Of a DNA stretch of 64,000 nt, positions 40,480 to 52,216 are shown piece by piece. The notes under the pieces were generated by a model. That model was not told the origin of the DNA. It did no database searches and saw only the letters and a program-made list of their open reading frames with translations. Numbering within the stretch: the stretch's first letter is position 1; the number at the start of each line of letters is the position of its first letter. Origin of the DNA: Gekko japonicus (taxonomy: Eukaryota); contig NW_015161511.1 of the NCBI RefSeq assembly GCF_001447785.1, positions 1 through 64,000 on the forward strand. Reading direction: 5' to 3'. Position numbers and translations under genes: made by a program.

Positions 40480-40838
40480 CCTTTCAGGGTAAGCAACCCT
40501 ACTGGCTCAATTCAGACATCATGTGAAAACCATGGTTGGTGGGTTAGCATGACTGTCGTTTGGCAGTTCGAGACCCTAGTGCCATGTGATGGAGTGAGCT
40601 CCCATCTCTGGCCCCAGCTCCTGCCAACTTAGCAGTTCGAAAGCAAGAAATTGCAAGTAGATAAATAGGTACCTCTTCTGTGGGAAGGTAACAGCGTTCT
40701 GTGTCCCTCGGTGTTTAGTCATGCTGGCCACATGACCACAGAAATGTCTTCGGACAGCGATGGCTCTTCAGCTTGGAAACGGAAATGAGTTGGATTCAAC
40801 TAGCTTTCGAGCAAAGAAAACCTTTGCCATTTTACCTA
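40480..40838 (+). mobile_element. Sauria SINE (Squam1)
   Basis: ggcagttcgagaccc...gtgagctccc...ccagctcctgccaacttagcagttcgaaagc...gtagataaataggtacc...catgctggccacatgacc...accttt tail. Confidence 0.85.
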
Positions 40839-41077
40839 TGACTGCCTGAACACATGCCACTTCACTAATTATGGGTAGTTAGCCTTATTGATAGTAGGCT
40901 ATTTGACAGAATTCCTCAAATGTGCTTATTTAGGCCATGGCACAGAGCACTAGTGTGTCATGTTAAAAATGGAGTTTTGCGGCACTTTCAAGACTAACAT
41001 AATGCTTTATTCCGGCATCAACATTATATGGACTAGAGCCCACTTCTACAGATACATGGAGAAATCTCTCTCTATGC

Positions 41078-41265
41078 AACAGCCAGCAAGGTGTAAAAGT
41101 ATCAGACTAGGATTCGAGAGACCCATGTTCAAACATGGAAGCTTCCTGGGTGACCTTTTGCCAGTCACATACTCACAGCCTAACCAACTTCACAGGATTG
41201 TTGTGAGGATAAAATGGAAGAGAAGAGAATGATGTAAATAGCTTTGCATCCCCATTCGGGAGAAA
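41078..41265 (+). mobile_element. Older CORE SINE
   Basis: agccagcaaggtgta...gactaggatt.gagagaccc...gggtgacc..gccagtcac...ttgttgtgaggataaaatgg; similar relics at ~50380, ~51195, ~54290 and ~57350. Confidence 0.6.
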
Positions 41266-41330
41266 TCTAATCAAGAAAAATGGAGACCATTCTTAATTAC
41301 ACTAATCTAGCTAGTATCAGTTCTGAATGA

Positions 41331-43075
41331 GAATGACCATTGGTCACTCACCATGAAGGGTCCTTCTCCTCTGAGGCTTGGAGGACACCTTGTGGGTGAT
41401 TCCCAACCATCTCTTAGGGAGGCAGGAACTTCAAACTGTTTCCTGTGGTGGGAGTCACCCTCAGCTCAGTTTTTGGACTCCGAAAGCAGTATGAAAATCT
41501 AAATAGTAAGAAAAGCTCAAAAAACAGTATCAACAAATGGATTTAACTGTATAGAACTCTATAAGATCAGGTGAGAGTAGAATTATAATTGGTATAAATC
41601 TGTCTTTACTACAGGCTGCCTTTTTAAATTAAAATATTTTCTTTAATATACACAGTTGACTTTCAGTCACACAGTAAAGATCCTTGAGCTGTTGTGGCGG
41701 CAGCTGCCAAAGCAACATTTTTAAAGATCTGCACAGTAAATCAGATGTCCAATGGCCAGTAAGAAGCCTAGATGAACTAAAGCCCCATCTGGCTCTGCCC
41801 ACTTTCTAAAAATACTTCACATCTTGATATGAGTGATTCCTACCAATTGCTCAGGGAGGCAGGACTAAACTTTTCAACTTCCTGTCTCCCAGGTGGGTGT
41901 CACCCCAGTCCAGTTTGGTTACTTCACCAGCTAATGAACTCAGGAACAGGAAGGAACAGAACACAGATAAAAAACCCAACCGTAACAGGTAAGCAAGCTA
42001 CTGTGGAAACAAAACAACTGATAACCAGAAGAACAGTATAAACAGGATTAAGGAAGGATTACAAGAAACAAGTATCTTCCCCCATGTTGCTTGAGCACAT
42101 AGGATTGATTAAATGCAAGACTCTTTTTTTTGTGGTGGGGCAAAACCTCAGAGCCGAAAGAACCCTCATGGTGAGTATCCAAGGTTCTGTTCTTGCTCTA
42201 AGGAGGAGGGCATCTTGATATGGGACTTCCAATAGCAGTGACCCAGTGACGGGTGGGAATTAACTATCATCCACTACATGCTCCAGCACTCTGTCGAAAG
42301 GTGGCATGGGCCAAGGAGGAGTTATGTTTGTAGTGTCTAATAAATGTTGAAACTGAAGACCATGTGGCTGCATTGCTTATTTCCTTCACTGAGGCTTGAT
42401 GATCAACTACATGCTGCAGCACTCTATGTCCAAAGGTGGCATTGGCCAAGGAGGAGTTAAGTTTGTAGTGTCTAATAGATGTTGAAACTGAAGACCATGT
42501 GGCTGCATTGCTTATTTCCTTCACTGAGGCTTGATGATCAAAGGCTGCATTAGCGGCTACACTTCTCACAGAGTCTGCTGTGATGTCTGCTGGAACCGGA
42601 ATGTTGCTTGCCTTGCAGGCATGGGAGATGCACTGGCGAATGGCATAGCCAATTGCCAATGTGGTCATCTTCTTCGCCTTATTCAGGGGGAAATGAAAAG
42701 ACAGTCTGTCTTTCTGATGAACTCTGTACATCGGAGGTAAATTCTGAAGGCCCACCAGAGGTCTAATGAGTGCCAATCTTTCTCTTTGGGGTGTCTAGGA
42801 TGTGGGTAGAAGGATGGGAGATGAATTTCTTGACTCCTGTGGAAGGCTGAGTTCACCTTTGGAATAAAAGTGGGGACTGGCTGAAAGACTTCCTGGTCCT
42901 TTTGGAAGACACATAGGCCTTTCCTGGCTGACAGGGCTCCCAGTCCCAAAACTCTCCTAGCAGAAGTCACCACTGTGAAGAAGCGGGTCTTCATGTGAAG
43001 CCATTGAAGGGGAACCTCCTTTAAGGGTTCAAATGGAGGTTCCGTAAGGATAAAAAGAACTGTGTACAGTCTTCC
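41331..43075 (-). mobile_element. DIRS-type tyrosine-recombinase retrotransposon, 3' portion (YR fragment, ICR, terminal repeat), decayed
   Basis: PPFEPL...VTSARRV..LGALS...F.PKVNSAFH.SQEI.LPSF...LD...RIYL..T..IRKTD.LFIS, then after a frameshift I.Q.I..A...ADSVRSVAA..A...ATWSS.STFIRHY. The terminus at 41331-41375 is complementary to the ICR-like segment at 42158-42230. Confidence 0.88.
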
Positions 43076-43765
43076 TTGAGGGGGAAAAAGTAGCATGAGC
43101 ATCATTCCAGAGAATAGGGTTTAGACTGGTTATCAAAATTCTCTCTTTGCTCCTATGCAGCTACATGTGAACAGAACTTCCATTACCCAACTGTTTTAAA
43201 GCATATGTTGGCCATTTTAAAAATAAAGCTGAATAAAGATGTGTTTAATATATTTTTCAACTGAAGCAAAAAAGTGCTAGCCTTTGAACACAATGGGACA
43301 CTGAAGCTCCCAGACTGAGAGTGCAAGTACAACCCACATGTTATTCTAATACAGTAACATGCACATGGGATTCTGTTCAGATGTGTGAAATCAAAGCAAA
43401 ACACATGCTGTGAACCTAGCAGAGACATACTGTTAGCAAGGCAACTGATCTTCAACAGCTGTTTCTCGAATAATTGTGCAAATACTTTCAAAGGAGCCAA
43501 AGGAATACAATGTCCCTTGCTAGATTGGGGTGGCTGTATATGGGGGGGGGGTTTACAGGCATGCAAAAATGCACTCAACAGCTGGAAAGGGAGTCCATAG
43601 GCAGGTAGGACGCTCAAAAGTACACAAATTCCCTCCTCACAGCTGCAATCTGTAACAACTAAAACATGGATCTCTTCTGAGCAGAGGAGGCAGTCCTGCT
43701 GTATCTCATCTCCACCACACCCCTTTGTGTACCAGAAGGCTTGGGAGATGTAGTGGGGTTGTGAC

Positions 43766-43870
43766 CAATGTTCCCTCTAAGCTGTGTTGTCTTGTGAGCA
43801 AAAATTCTACTTTGTGAGCTACTGGCATTAAAGTTGTGAGTGAGGGATTTGGCTACGGCATCAATTAGTT
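43766..43870 (+). mobile_element. hAT MITE family A, copy 3 (cut by the duplication breakpoint)
   Basis: Left TIR and GTTGTGAC present; right half missing. Confidence 0.85.
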
Positions 43871-44079
43871 GAGGGCATCTTGATATGGGACTTCCAATAG
43901 CAGTGACCCAGTGATGGGTGGGAATTTATTTATTTATCATTCAATTTATATCCCGCTCGAACCCCGAAGGGTCTCTGAGTGGCTTACACACAATCATTGG
44001 TTCCTAACTAAGGCCACAATTATACGGGGGGTGGCTTCCTACCAGCACCCGGCAGCAGGGCTTGTTGTTGGAGTCTGGC

Positions 44080-44749
44080 ACTACATGCTGCAGCACTCTA
44101 TGTCCAAAGGTGGCATTGGCCAAGGAGGAGTTAAGTTTGTAGTGTCTAATAGATGTTGAAACTGAAGACCATGTGGCTGCATTGCTTATTTCCTTCACTG
44201 AGGCTTGATGATCAAAGGCTGCATTAGCGGCTACACTTCTCACAGAGTCTGCTGTGATGTCTGCTGGAACCGGAATGTTGCTTGCCTTGCAGGCATGGGA
44301 GATGCACTGGCGAATGGCATAGCCAATTGCCAATGTGGTCATCTTCTTCCCCTTATTCAGGGGGAAATGAAAAGACAGTCTGTCTTTGTGATGAACTCTG
44401 TACATCGGAGGTAAATTCTGAAAGCCCACCAGAGGTCTAATGAGTGCCAATCTTTCTCTTTGGGGTGTCTAGGATGTGGGTAGAAGGATGGGAGATGAAT
44501 TTCTTGACTCCTGTGGAAGGCTGAGTTCACCTTTGAAATAAAAGTGGAGACTGGCTGGAAGACTTCCTGGTCCTCTTGGAAAACACATAGGCCTTTCCTG
44601 GCTGACAGGGCTCCCAGTCCCAAAACTCTCCTAGCAGAAGTCACCACTGTGAAGAAGCGGGTCTTCATGTGAAGCCATTGAAGGGGAACCTCCTTTAAGG
44701 GTTCAAATGGAGGTTTTGTAAGGATAGAAAGAACTGTGTACAGTCTTCC
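44080..44749 (-). mobile_element. Second (duplicated) DIRS tyrosine-recombinase fragment
   Basis: ORFs 44357-44779 and 44004-44450 are near-identical to 42683-43105 and 42267-42776. Confidence 0.88.
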
Positions 44750-45439
44750 TTGAGGGGGAAAAAGTAGCATGAGCATCATTCCAGAGAATAGGGTTTAGAC
44801 TGGTTATCAAAATTCTCTCTTTGCTCCTATGCAGCTACATGTGAACAGAACTTCCATTACCCAACTGTTTTAAAGCATATGTTGGCCATTTTAAAAATAA
44901 AGCTGAATAAAGATGTGTTTAATATATTTTTCAACTGAAGCAAAAAAGTGCTAGCCTTTGAACACAATGGGACACTGAAGCTCCCAGACTGAGAGTGCAA
45001 GTACAACCCACATGTTATTCTAATACAGTAACATGCACATGGGATTCTGTTCAGATGTGTGAAATCAAAGCAAAACACATGCTGTGAACCTAGCAGAGAC
45101 ATACTGTTAGCAAGGCAACTGATCTTCAACAGCTGTTTCTCGAATAATTGTGCAAATACTTTCAAAGGAGCCAAAGGAATACAATGTCCCTTGCTAGATT
45201 GGGGTGGCTGTATATGGGGGGGGGGTTTACAGGCATGCAAAAATGCACTCAACAGCTGGAAAGGGAGTCCATAGGCAGGTAGGACGCTCAAAAGTACACA
45301 AATTCCCTCCTCACAGCTGCAATCTGTAACAACTAAAACATGGATCTCTTCTGAGCAGAGGAGGCAGTCCTGCTGTATCTCATCTCCACCACACCCCTTT
45401 GTGTACCAGAAGGCTTGGGAGATGTAGTGGGGTTGTGAC

Positions 45440-45645
45440 CAATGTTCCCTCTAAGCTGTGTTGTCTTGTGAGCAACAATTCTACTTTGTGAGCTACTGGC
45501 ATTAAAGTTGTGAGTGAGGGATTTGGCTACGGCATCAATTAGTTCGCTCTGGAGCCATCCTCCCTGAGCTAAGAAAAAAATGTGTGAGCTGGAAGCTAAA
45601 AAACTGTGAGCTAGCTCACATTAACTCAGCTTAGAGGGAACAGTG
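45440..45645 (+). mobile_element. hAT MITE family A, copy 4
   Basis: Both TIRs present; perfect 8-bp TSD GTTGTGAC at 45432-45439 and 45646-45653. Confidence 0.92.
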
Positions 45646-45965
45646 GTTGTGACAACCCTAAATAATGCCTGGTAAGTAAGCCAAGTCAACATATGGAAAC
45701 TCCGGAAAGATGTGCTGTAAAAGTCTTATCACAAACTTTCACCAAAATAGACATTTTTACAGTGTCACCATCTCACTGCTTTTACTCAGGTATTACGTTT
45801 CTTACCAACTTCTGTATCATTGTTGCCACTTTCCTCTGAACCTACTAAAGGCAAACAACAAACACCTATAGTTGGCTGTTCAGTGACCTAATGACGGCAG
45901 AGTCAGGTGATGATAATGAGGACTTCTCTCATCTTGCAACAAGAATGCAACAGGAAATCAGTACA

Positions 45966-46215
45966 AGAAGAAGAAGAAGAAGAAGAAGAAGAGATTGGAT
46001 TTATACCCCGCCCTTCACTACCCAAAGGTGTCTCAGAGTGGCTTACAAACTCCTTTCCCTTCCCCTCCCCACAACAGACACCCTGTGAGGTCGGTGGGGC
46101 TGCCAGAACTATGGCTTGCCCAAGGTCATCCAGCCAGGTGCAAGTGGAGGAGTGGGGAATCAAACCTGATTCTCCCAGATTAGAGTCTGTGCACTTAACC
46201 ACTACACCAAACTGG
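45966..46215 (-). mobile_element. Squam3-like SINE with long (TTC)n tail
   Basis: (aga)n run, then gagattggatttataccccgccc...ttaaccactacaccaaactggc. Confidence 0.85.
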
Positions 46216-48266
46216 CACTACACTCCTGAGACTGAGCTCTGCTTTTAAGCCCACTCTGCCCACGTTTCTAACAGGCACTACTGACAGGTGACGTAGCTCT
46301 GAAGAGAAGTGGTACTCTAAGAGCCAAGAGTGATCATCCACCTATTTCCTCTGCAGACCACCAGAGGCACCATCACCACCACACCTGGGACTGAGCCCTA
46401 CTCCCCACCTCAGCAGCATCTTGGTAAAAAAATTCTCACTTGGCAGGTGGATGTCTGTAGAAAACAGTGCCCTTCTGATGCCAATCTGGAATCGATATAG
46501 ATGGTTGTGATGTAAGCATTTATTGTTTGTTTTTTGAAATATATTTTATGGGTATGAAATGTAGTTTAAATGTCATTTAGCCTCTTTCACGTCACAAACT
46601 ATTTAATTGCTATGCTTATGACCACTTAGGGATTGGACTATTTTGATTTGGAGAAACCGTTGTAAGCTGGTCCAAGGCCAATAAATAACAGCCTAATTAT
46701 TAGGAAAGCAAAGGATTCCAAAGAAGGATTGCTCAAAGATAAGTGGAACTCTATGGAGCAATTCATTAATTCACCAGACAGGTAAGGCCTTTCAAATTAT
46801 GAAAATGCAAGCCAAAGCACAACTATTACAAGTGAACACTGCTGAGCTGACAGAAGGGGGGGGGGGAAACAGAAAGACGGAGAGAATATTTGGCAGCTAT
46901 AACCAAGGGAAGAGCTTTCAGACAATGTAGTAAAAAGAGAAGAAGCAGAAACCAACGGAAGACTGTGCATCCTTAGGTGGGAATTTGGCAAAGCATAAAA
47001 GAAACCAACAAGAAATACGTTTGTAGAAATGGAGGATCTCAGTTTCAGTTATGAAACCAGCAGGAAATGACTTAAAACACAGATCCATTTAATCTAAAGA
47101 TGTAGGCTATAGGCTACTGAGATTTAGGTACAGTACAACAGTACCCATCCTCCAAAACAAAATAAAGATAATGTGACCACCACAGAACTGCAAACTTACA
47201 AGCAGATGACCCATGTGGGTCTCATTTCCCCACTACCACCCTCTCTCATTTTCCCTTCTAAACCCCCTGAAGCCTACCTCCTTTCCTTCCCTCTCACTCA
47301 CTCACCTACATGTTTCTGTCCCACCAGCATCTTCAGTTCCCCCCTTCCACACAGTCTGTCCTCCCTTTTCCTTCTTTAGATATTGTTGGAAAATATCAAT
47401 CAGCAGATTTTCCTATTCACATTTAAATAAATAATTTAAATAATGCTAGTAAAACTTAAATAATGTTAGCAAAAGAAGGCAAACACACTATGTACAAGCC
47501 TGTACCATATACAAGCAATGGGGTTGGTCCATGCTTTATATTCCACACTTAACCCATTTAACATGATTGATTTTCAGCACAACAGTCATAACAACTATAA
47601 ACAAACAGGTTATATTTACATATGTGGGTTGTAAATTTTACCATGTAACAAGATAGTATTAGAAAGTTTTCTGCCCCACATCACTGCTTATCTCCACTAT
47701 TCCTGTTTTCCAGCTAACATCTGGGTCTTCCCCCAGGCTGGTAGAAAATACCCCCAACTGTACATTTTATTTACAGCCCACTTTTCTCACTGTGACTCAA
47801 GGTAGATTACAATTTTTTTAAAAAATAACTTAACAGCAAGGACCTCCAATGAACACTGCACTAGAATTATGACTGCAAAACTGGAAAACAGTGTAAACAA
47901 CAAAAAACGACAAAAAGAAAAAACCGGTCTAGGCATGCCATGTCATAATTCAGAAAGTGGGGTATAAAGGAAGAATACAATGCAGTAAAAGGAAGATGAT
48001 ACACAGAACAAATGTTTATAATCCTCTAAACAACTTCCTAAACTTTGCCATTATACTACAGTTATAATCTCTTTATAAAAATACTCTCATGGGCAATTCT
48101 GTTTTACACATTCTGCAAAATGATAGTTGGGGGGGCATTTCTGACCTCCTCAGGCAGACCTTACTAAAAGGTGATTTTGTCCATTTGCAGAGTGGCTTGG
48201 CTCTACTTGGCCTCACTATGATTTTTTTGATCCACACTCTGCTATTGTTCAGGATTAAATATAACA

Positions 48267-48447
48267 AATAGGTAAAGGTAAACGTTTCCCTTGCTCGAAA
48301 ACCAGTCGAATCCGACTCTAGGGCACGGTGCTCATCTCCGTTTCCAAGCCAAAGAGCCAGTGCTGTCCGAAGATGTTTCTGTGGTCATATGGCTGGCATG
48401 ACTAGACACCAAGGTGCACGGAATGCTGTTACCTTCCCACCGAAGTG
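48267..48447 (-). mobile_element. Sauria SINE 3' half
   Basis: aggtaaaggtaaa tail; tccgactctaggg...gtgctcatctccgttt...gtggtcatatggctggcatgact...gttaccttcccacc. Confidence 0.8.
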
Positions 48448-50929
48448 CTGAACTACCAACAAATGGGGACACCCAAAAAACTTATTGGAAGGTTCCATCC
48501 CTTCCCCCCTTTGATTCCTTTTGGAAGGTTGCATCCCTTCCTCCCTTTGTATCCTTCCCTCTTCCCCCTTCTCTCTAATAATCTTCCCCCTTTTTCTCAC
48601 CCCCTCCCTTCCTGTCAATCTTCCCCCTCTACTTCTCTGACAGTCTCCCCTTTCATCCCCACCCTTTCTCCATCAATCTACCCTCTTTCTCCCTTCCCCT
48701 TATCTGCCAACCCACCCCATCTCTTATGCCCCCACCACTTCTCCATCAATTTACCTTTCCCCTTCTGTCAACCTATCCCCCACCCTTTTGTCCCCCCTCC
48801 AACAATCTACCCCTACCCTTCTCTGTCAACCCACTGTGTCTGTATTTCTCCTGCCCCCCTACTTGTCAATATCCCCCCATCTCTCTTCCCTCTCCTTAAT
48901 TTACTAGCTGTGGCAGCTGCAGTGACAGGAAGCTGCTCCATGCCTGAGGTGGCTCTCCTGTTGCCAAGCCATATGCGGCTTCAGGCCCAGCTGCAGCAGC
49001 ATCTGAGAGCTGTTCTGGGCCCACAGAGGTTCCCGGGCACCACCACCGGGCCTGGAGAGCTCCTGGGTGCTGGTGCTGATGCAGGCGGGCCCACAAAGGC
49101 TTCCAGGCAGTGCTACCAATGCAGTGAGGCCTGCAGAGGCTCCCAGGCGCAGACTGGCTTCTACCGCCACAAGCTGGGGGGGGGGAAAGGTAAGTGCGCA
49201 GACAACACTTTTGTACTGGGGGGGATTTAAACCCCTCAATACATTTTTAAGGATGTCAGATTTTTCTGCAAACCTGGGGTACCTTCCAAGTTTACAGAAA
49301 CATCTGTTTAGAGTCAGTGTGACACCGATCTGCAGTTCAGATATCCGTAGATGGGGGCCACATTTGAGAAATAGTATATAGATGATTAAGGCACACTTCA
49401 GAAATACTAACAAATATAATTCAAAGAAAGACTGGAATACAATCGAGAACAATTAAGTGAGGATAAATTTGGATTTAGGAAATTTGCAGTACAATCCAAT
49501 GCAGAATTATTTCAGCCTTCAACAAATTCATTTGGCCTCTTTCATGTCCCAAAGCACTAACTTCAGTTGGCTTAAATTGCACGGTATTGCACTTTAAGAG
49601 GAACACAGAGACCATCCTTGCACTCTTGATAACGATTAAGACAAGAAATTGGGAAGGATAATTATATACCATGCACTGGCCTAGAAAAAGGTTTTGGATA
49701 CCTGTGTTCGAATAAAGCATTCACTATGCTTCAGAGGACCAGAATATACTGTATGTTTTTAAAACACTTCTAACCTACTGTTTCTGATGGTCACAGCTAT
49801 GATAACAGCAGAATAATAAGTTAATAGGGCATGATCCTTCTCCATGTGGGCACAATACCTATGTATGAGGGAATCCCTATAAGCTGTAACAGAACATGCC
49901 CTCCACCTTCTAGGCAATCTATTCACCTAGACGTGACAGGGAATGGGAAGACTCTCCAACTCAAATACATCTCTAACTAGTACTCATCTCTGCTTAGCCT
50001 TTAAAAATAAAAACTAGAAATCAGGATCATGGGTGAATGCTAGTTTCAACAACTAGAAGAATCAGTGTAGCACAGAGACCAGAGTAGTACCAGACCAGCC
50101 CCCTGGTGCCCATGGGTGCCACAGTATCTGCTAATACCTTTTCTGGCACACGCCAAGTATTTTTAGATGGTGGGTGGGGCCAGATGGTGTACTTGCTAAA
50201 CAAGGCTTCTGATTGGCTGTGCAGATTTTAAAAAACATTGCTATAGGAGCAGCTGCTACCACAGCAGGAGGATCTTCACTCTGAGAATGAAAGTAATCTG
50301 CAGCAGCGAAATTTATGCCTGTGCCCACAGTTCTATGCCAGAATTTCAAAGATGCCTATGGGCTCAAAAAGGCTGGAGACCCCTTTACTAGACCCAAGGA
50401 GATCCTGGTCCAGATCCTCATTCACTCTGCAACTCACTGTGACCTTGAATCAATCATACTTACAGCCTAACCCACCTCACAAAGTTGTCAGGACAAACTG
50501 GAAGAAGAATGAACCATATACACCACTCTGAGCTCCTTAGAGAGCAGAGCACTAGATAAAAGTGTGCTCAGATAATTAAAAGAAAACAATCCTGACAGTC
50601 AAGAATATTACAAGAAAAAGTCTCAGGAAAATCCCATAGCTTGCAGAGCCCACTTGATGAACTTGAAGTCACTTTGTTTTGATAGCAAGATACAGCACCA
50701 CAACTTTGACTCAAATGGGCTTTCTCAGATTTCAGAATCATCTGGTGTTTCTAGATTAAGGGAACATTTAAATTCAATGTCTTGTTTTATTTAGTTGAGT
50801 TCTAGGGTTTCATTCCCTCCAGAAATTCTCAAGACAACTTAAACAGAGAAACCACAGCCATCTGAAATCTGACCTCCAGGATTTTTAAAAAAAAAAGACT
50901 GGAAAACTTGAAATTATGGTACTCAAGAT

Positions 50930-51126
50930 CAATGCTCCCTCTAAACCGTGGAGTCTTGTGAACAAAAATTCTACTTTGTGAGCTACTGGCATTAAAGTTG
51001 TGAGTGAGCGATTTGGCTAATGCATAGATCAGTTTGTTTTGGAGCCATCCTTCCTGAGCTAAGTGTGTGAGCTGGAGGCTAAAAAACTGAGTTAGCTCAC
51101 ACTAACTCAGCTTAGAGGGAACACTG
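50930..51126 (+). mobile_element. hAT MITE family A, copy 5
   Basis: Both TIRs present; TSD CTCAAGAT/TTCAAGAT. Confidence 0.9.
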
Positions 51127-51596
51127 TTCAAGATACCTGAGGGGGGAGAAGTTCCACAAGGACTTTTATATTTCTGCCCTGGAATCCAAATGACAATGTG
51201 CTGTAGTGATCAGAATATTGGACTGGGATCTGGCAGTCAGACCCTGCTGCGCAAATTATGAGTTATTTTGGGCTAGTCTCAGTCTCCCCCCACCTTACAG
51301 GGTTGATATGGAAAAAATGAAGGGGGAAACCAATGCTGTAAGACTTTGGTGCCCCATTGGCGAGAAAAACGGGTATAAATAGCCAATTAAAAATGCCAAT
51401 ATACAGATAACAACAGGGAGAGGGGCTGAAAGCATACTCACTTCCATATCTTTGTTCTGTAGCTCTTTATTCTACAGTTTGGGGGTGATATTTACAACGT
51501 GGTAGACCATCTACAAGTTCGCTTATATTCCTCTACCTCGCCAATTCCCTTTCTCATTGTTTCTCCTCGACCATCCTTTGTCCTCCCGCAACTTAC

Positions 51597-51695
51597 ACAG
51601 ATAGAGATGCGCAACACGCCGCGCTGATAGTCTCTATAAAGCTCCGTAGCCTTCCCATTGCACTCGATGCACCTGTAGGCGCCAGGCGCTTCCAT
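51597..51695 (-). CDS. ARV1: ARV1 coding exon 1
   Basis: aagATGg Kozak context; encodes MEAPGAYRCIECNGKATELYRDYQRGVLRISIC (first three Cys of the zinc-binding motif); donor gtaagt; 99 nt. Confidence 0.95.
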
Positions 51696-51990
51696 CTTCT
51701 TCCTTAGAACAGAGCCCCACAGTCCCGTTACCACAGAAACGTTACTGGTCCCTTCTTGCCATTTTGCCTCATTCTCTTCCGGGTTCCACTAAAAGAGGCG
51801 GGAAGGAGAAGCTGCAAAGCCGTTTGGGGTTTGTAGTTTAGCAGCCACGAACTGAGCCGCAAATACCCCAGACGTTGGTACTACAACTCCCAGAATGCAG
51901 CCCGTTTCCCCACGCCCCGCCCTAAGTGTTACCAAAGAAGAGGGGAGGGACGTAGAAGAGGCAATCACTTTGCGCAGGCGTGCTAGGAAG
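51696..51990. promoter_or_regulatory. ARV1/TTC13 bidirectional CpG promoter
   Basis: 295 bp between divergent ATGs. ACTACAACTCCCAGAATGC (51880-51898, ZNF143/THAP11 motif); CTTCCGG (ETS, ~51776); GGCGGGAA (E2F, ~51797); CCCCGCCC (GC box, ~51915); TGCGCAGGCG (NRF1-like, 51971); AANATGGC (YY1) on both strands. Confidence 0.9.
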
Positions 51991-52216
51991 ATGGCACTTG
52001 CCACCGCCTCTTGGTGCTCTTGGCCAAGTCTCGCTTTGCTGCTGCTGCTGGTGTCGGCAGTTCGGCCGGCGTTTGCCCTGACTGAGCAGTACCCGACGTT
52101 GCCCTTGCTCTGGCAGGAGCGGTACCGCCCTCAGGGTCAGGGGCTCAGAGGCTGCCCGGAGCCCTTGGTGGCTGACTGGGGTGGGGAACAGTATGCGGCA
52201 GCTGCCGGCGACTGTG
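51991..52216 (+). CDS. TTC13: TTC13 coding exon 1 (signal-peptide-like N-terminus)
   Basis: aagATGg; encodes MALATASWCSWPSLALLLLLVSAVRPAFALTEQY...DWGGEQYAAAAGDCG; donor G|gtgagt, phase 1 matching exon 2. Confidence 0.88.

Larger units (their letters stand above)
42206..45544. repeat. Tandem segmental duplication, period 1674 bp (copy A ~42206-43870, copy B 43871-45544)
   Basis: ORF pairs offset by exactly 1674 (42683/44357, 43183/44857, 43385/45059); junction atcaattagtt|gagggcatcttg. Confidence 0.95.

Noticed and set aside
42267-44779. Phage integrase or horizontally acquired prokaryotic recombinase system
   Set aside because: The motifs and flanking ICR/ITR identify a DIRS retrotransposon, which is common in squamates; it is frameshifted and catalytically mutated.
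43183-45291. Pair of identical 144-aa ORFs as a duplicated gene
   Set aside because: Identity is a by-product of the tandem duplication; no splice or domain support.
48445-49230. 261-aa ORF, the longest in the track
   Set aside because: Arises from CT-rich low complexity plus a GC-rich repeat; Pro/Ser/Leu-biased, no recognisable domain, antisense within ARV1 intron 1.
51895-51990. 32-aa in-frame N-terminal extension of TTC13
   Set aside because: Its ATG lies inside the ZNF143 motif, probably upstream of the TSS, and would displace the signal peptide; ATG 51991 has a strong Kozak context.
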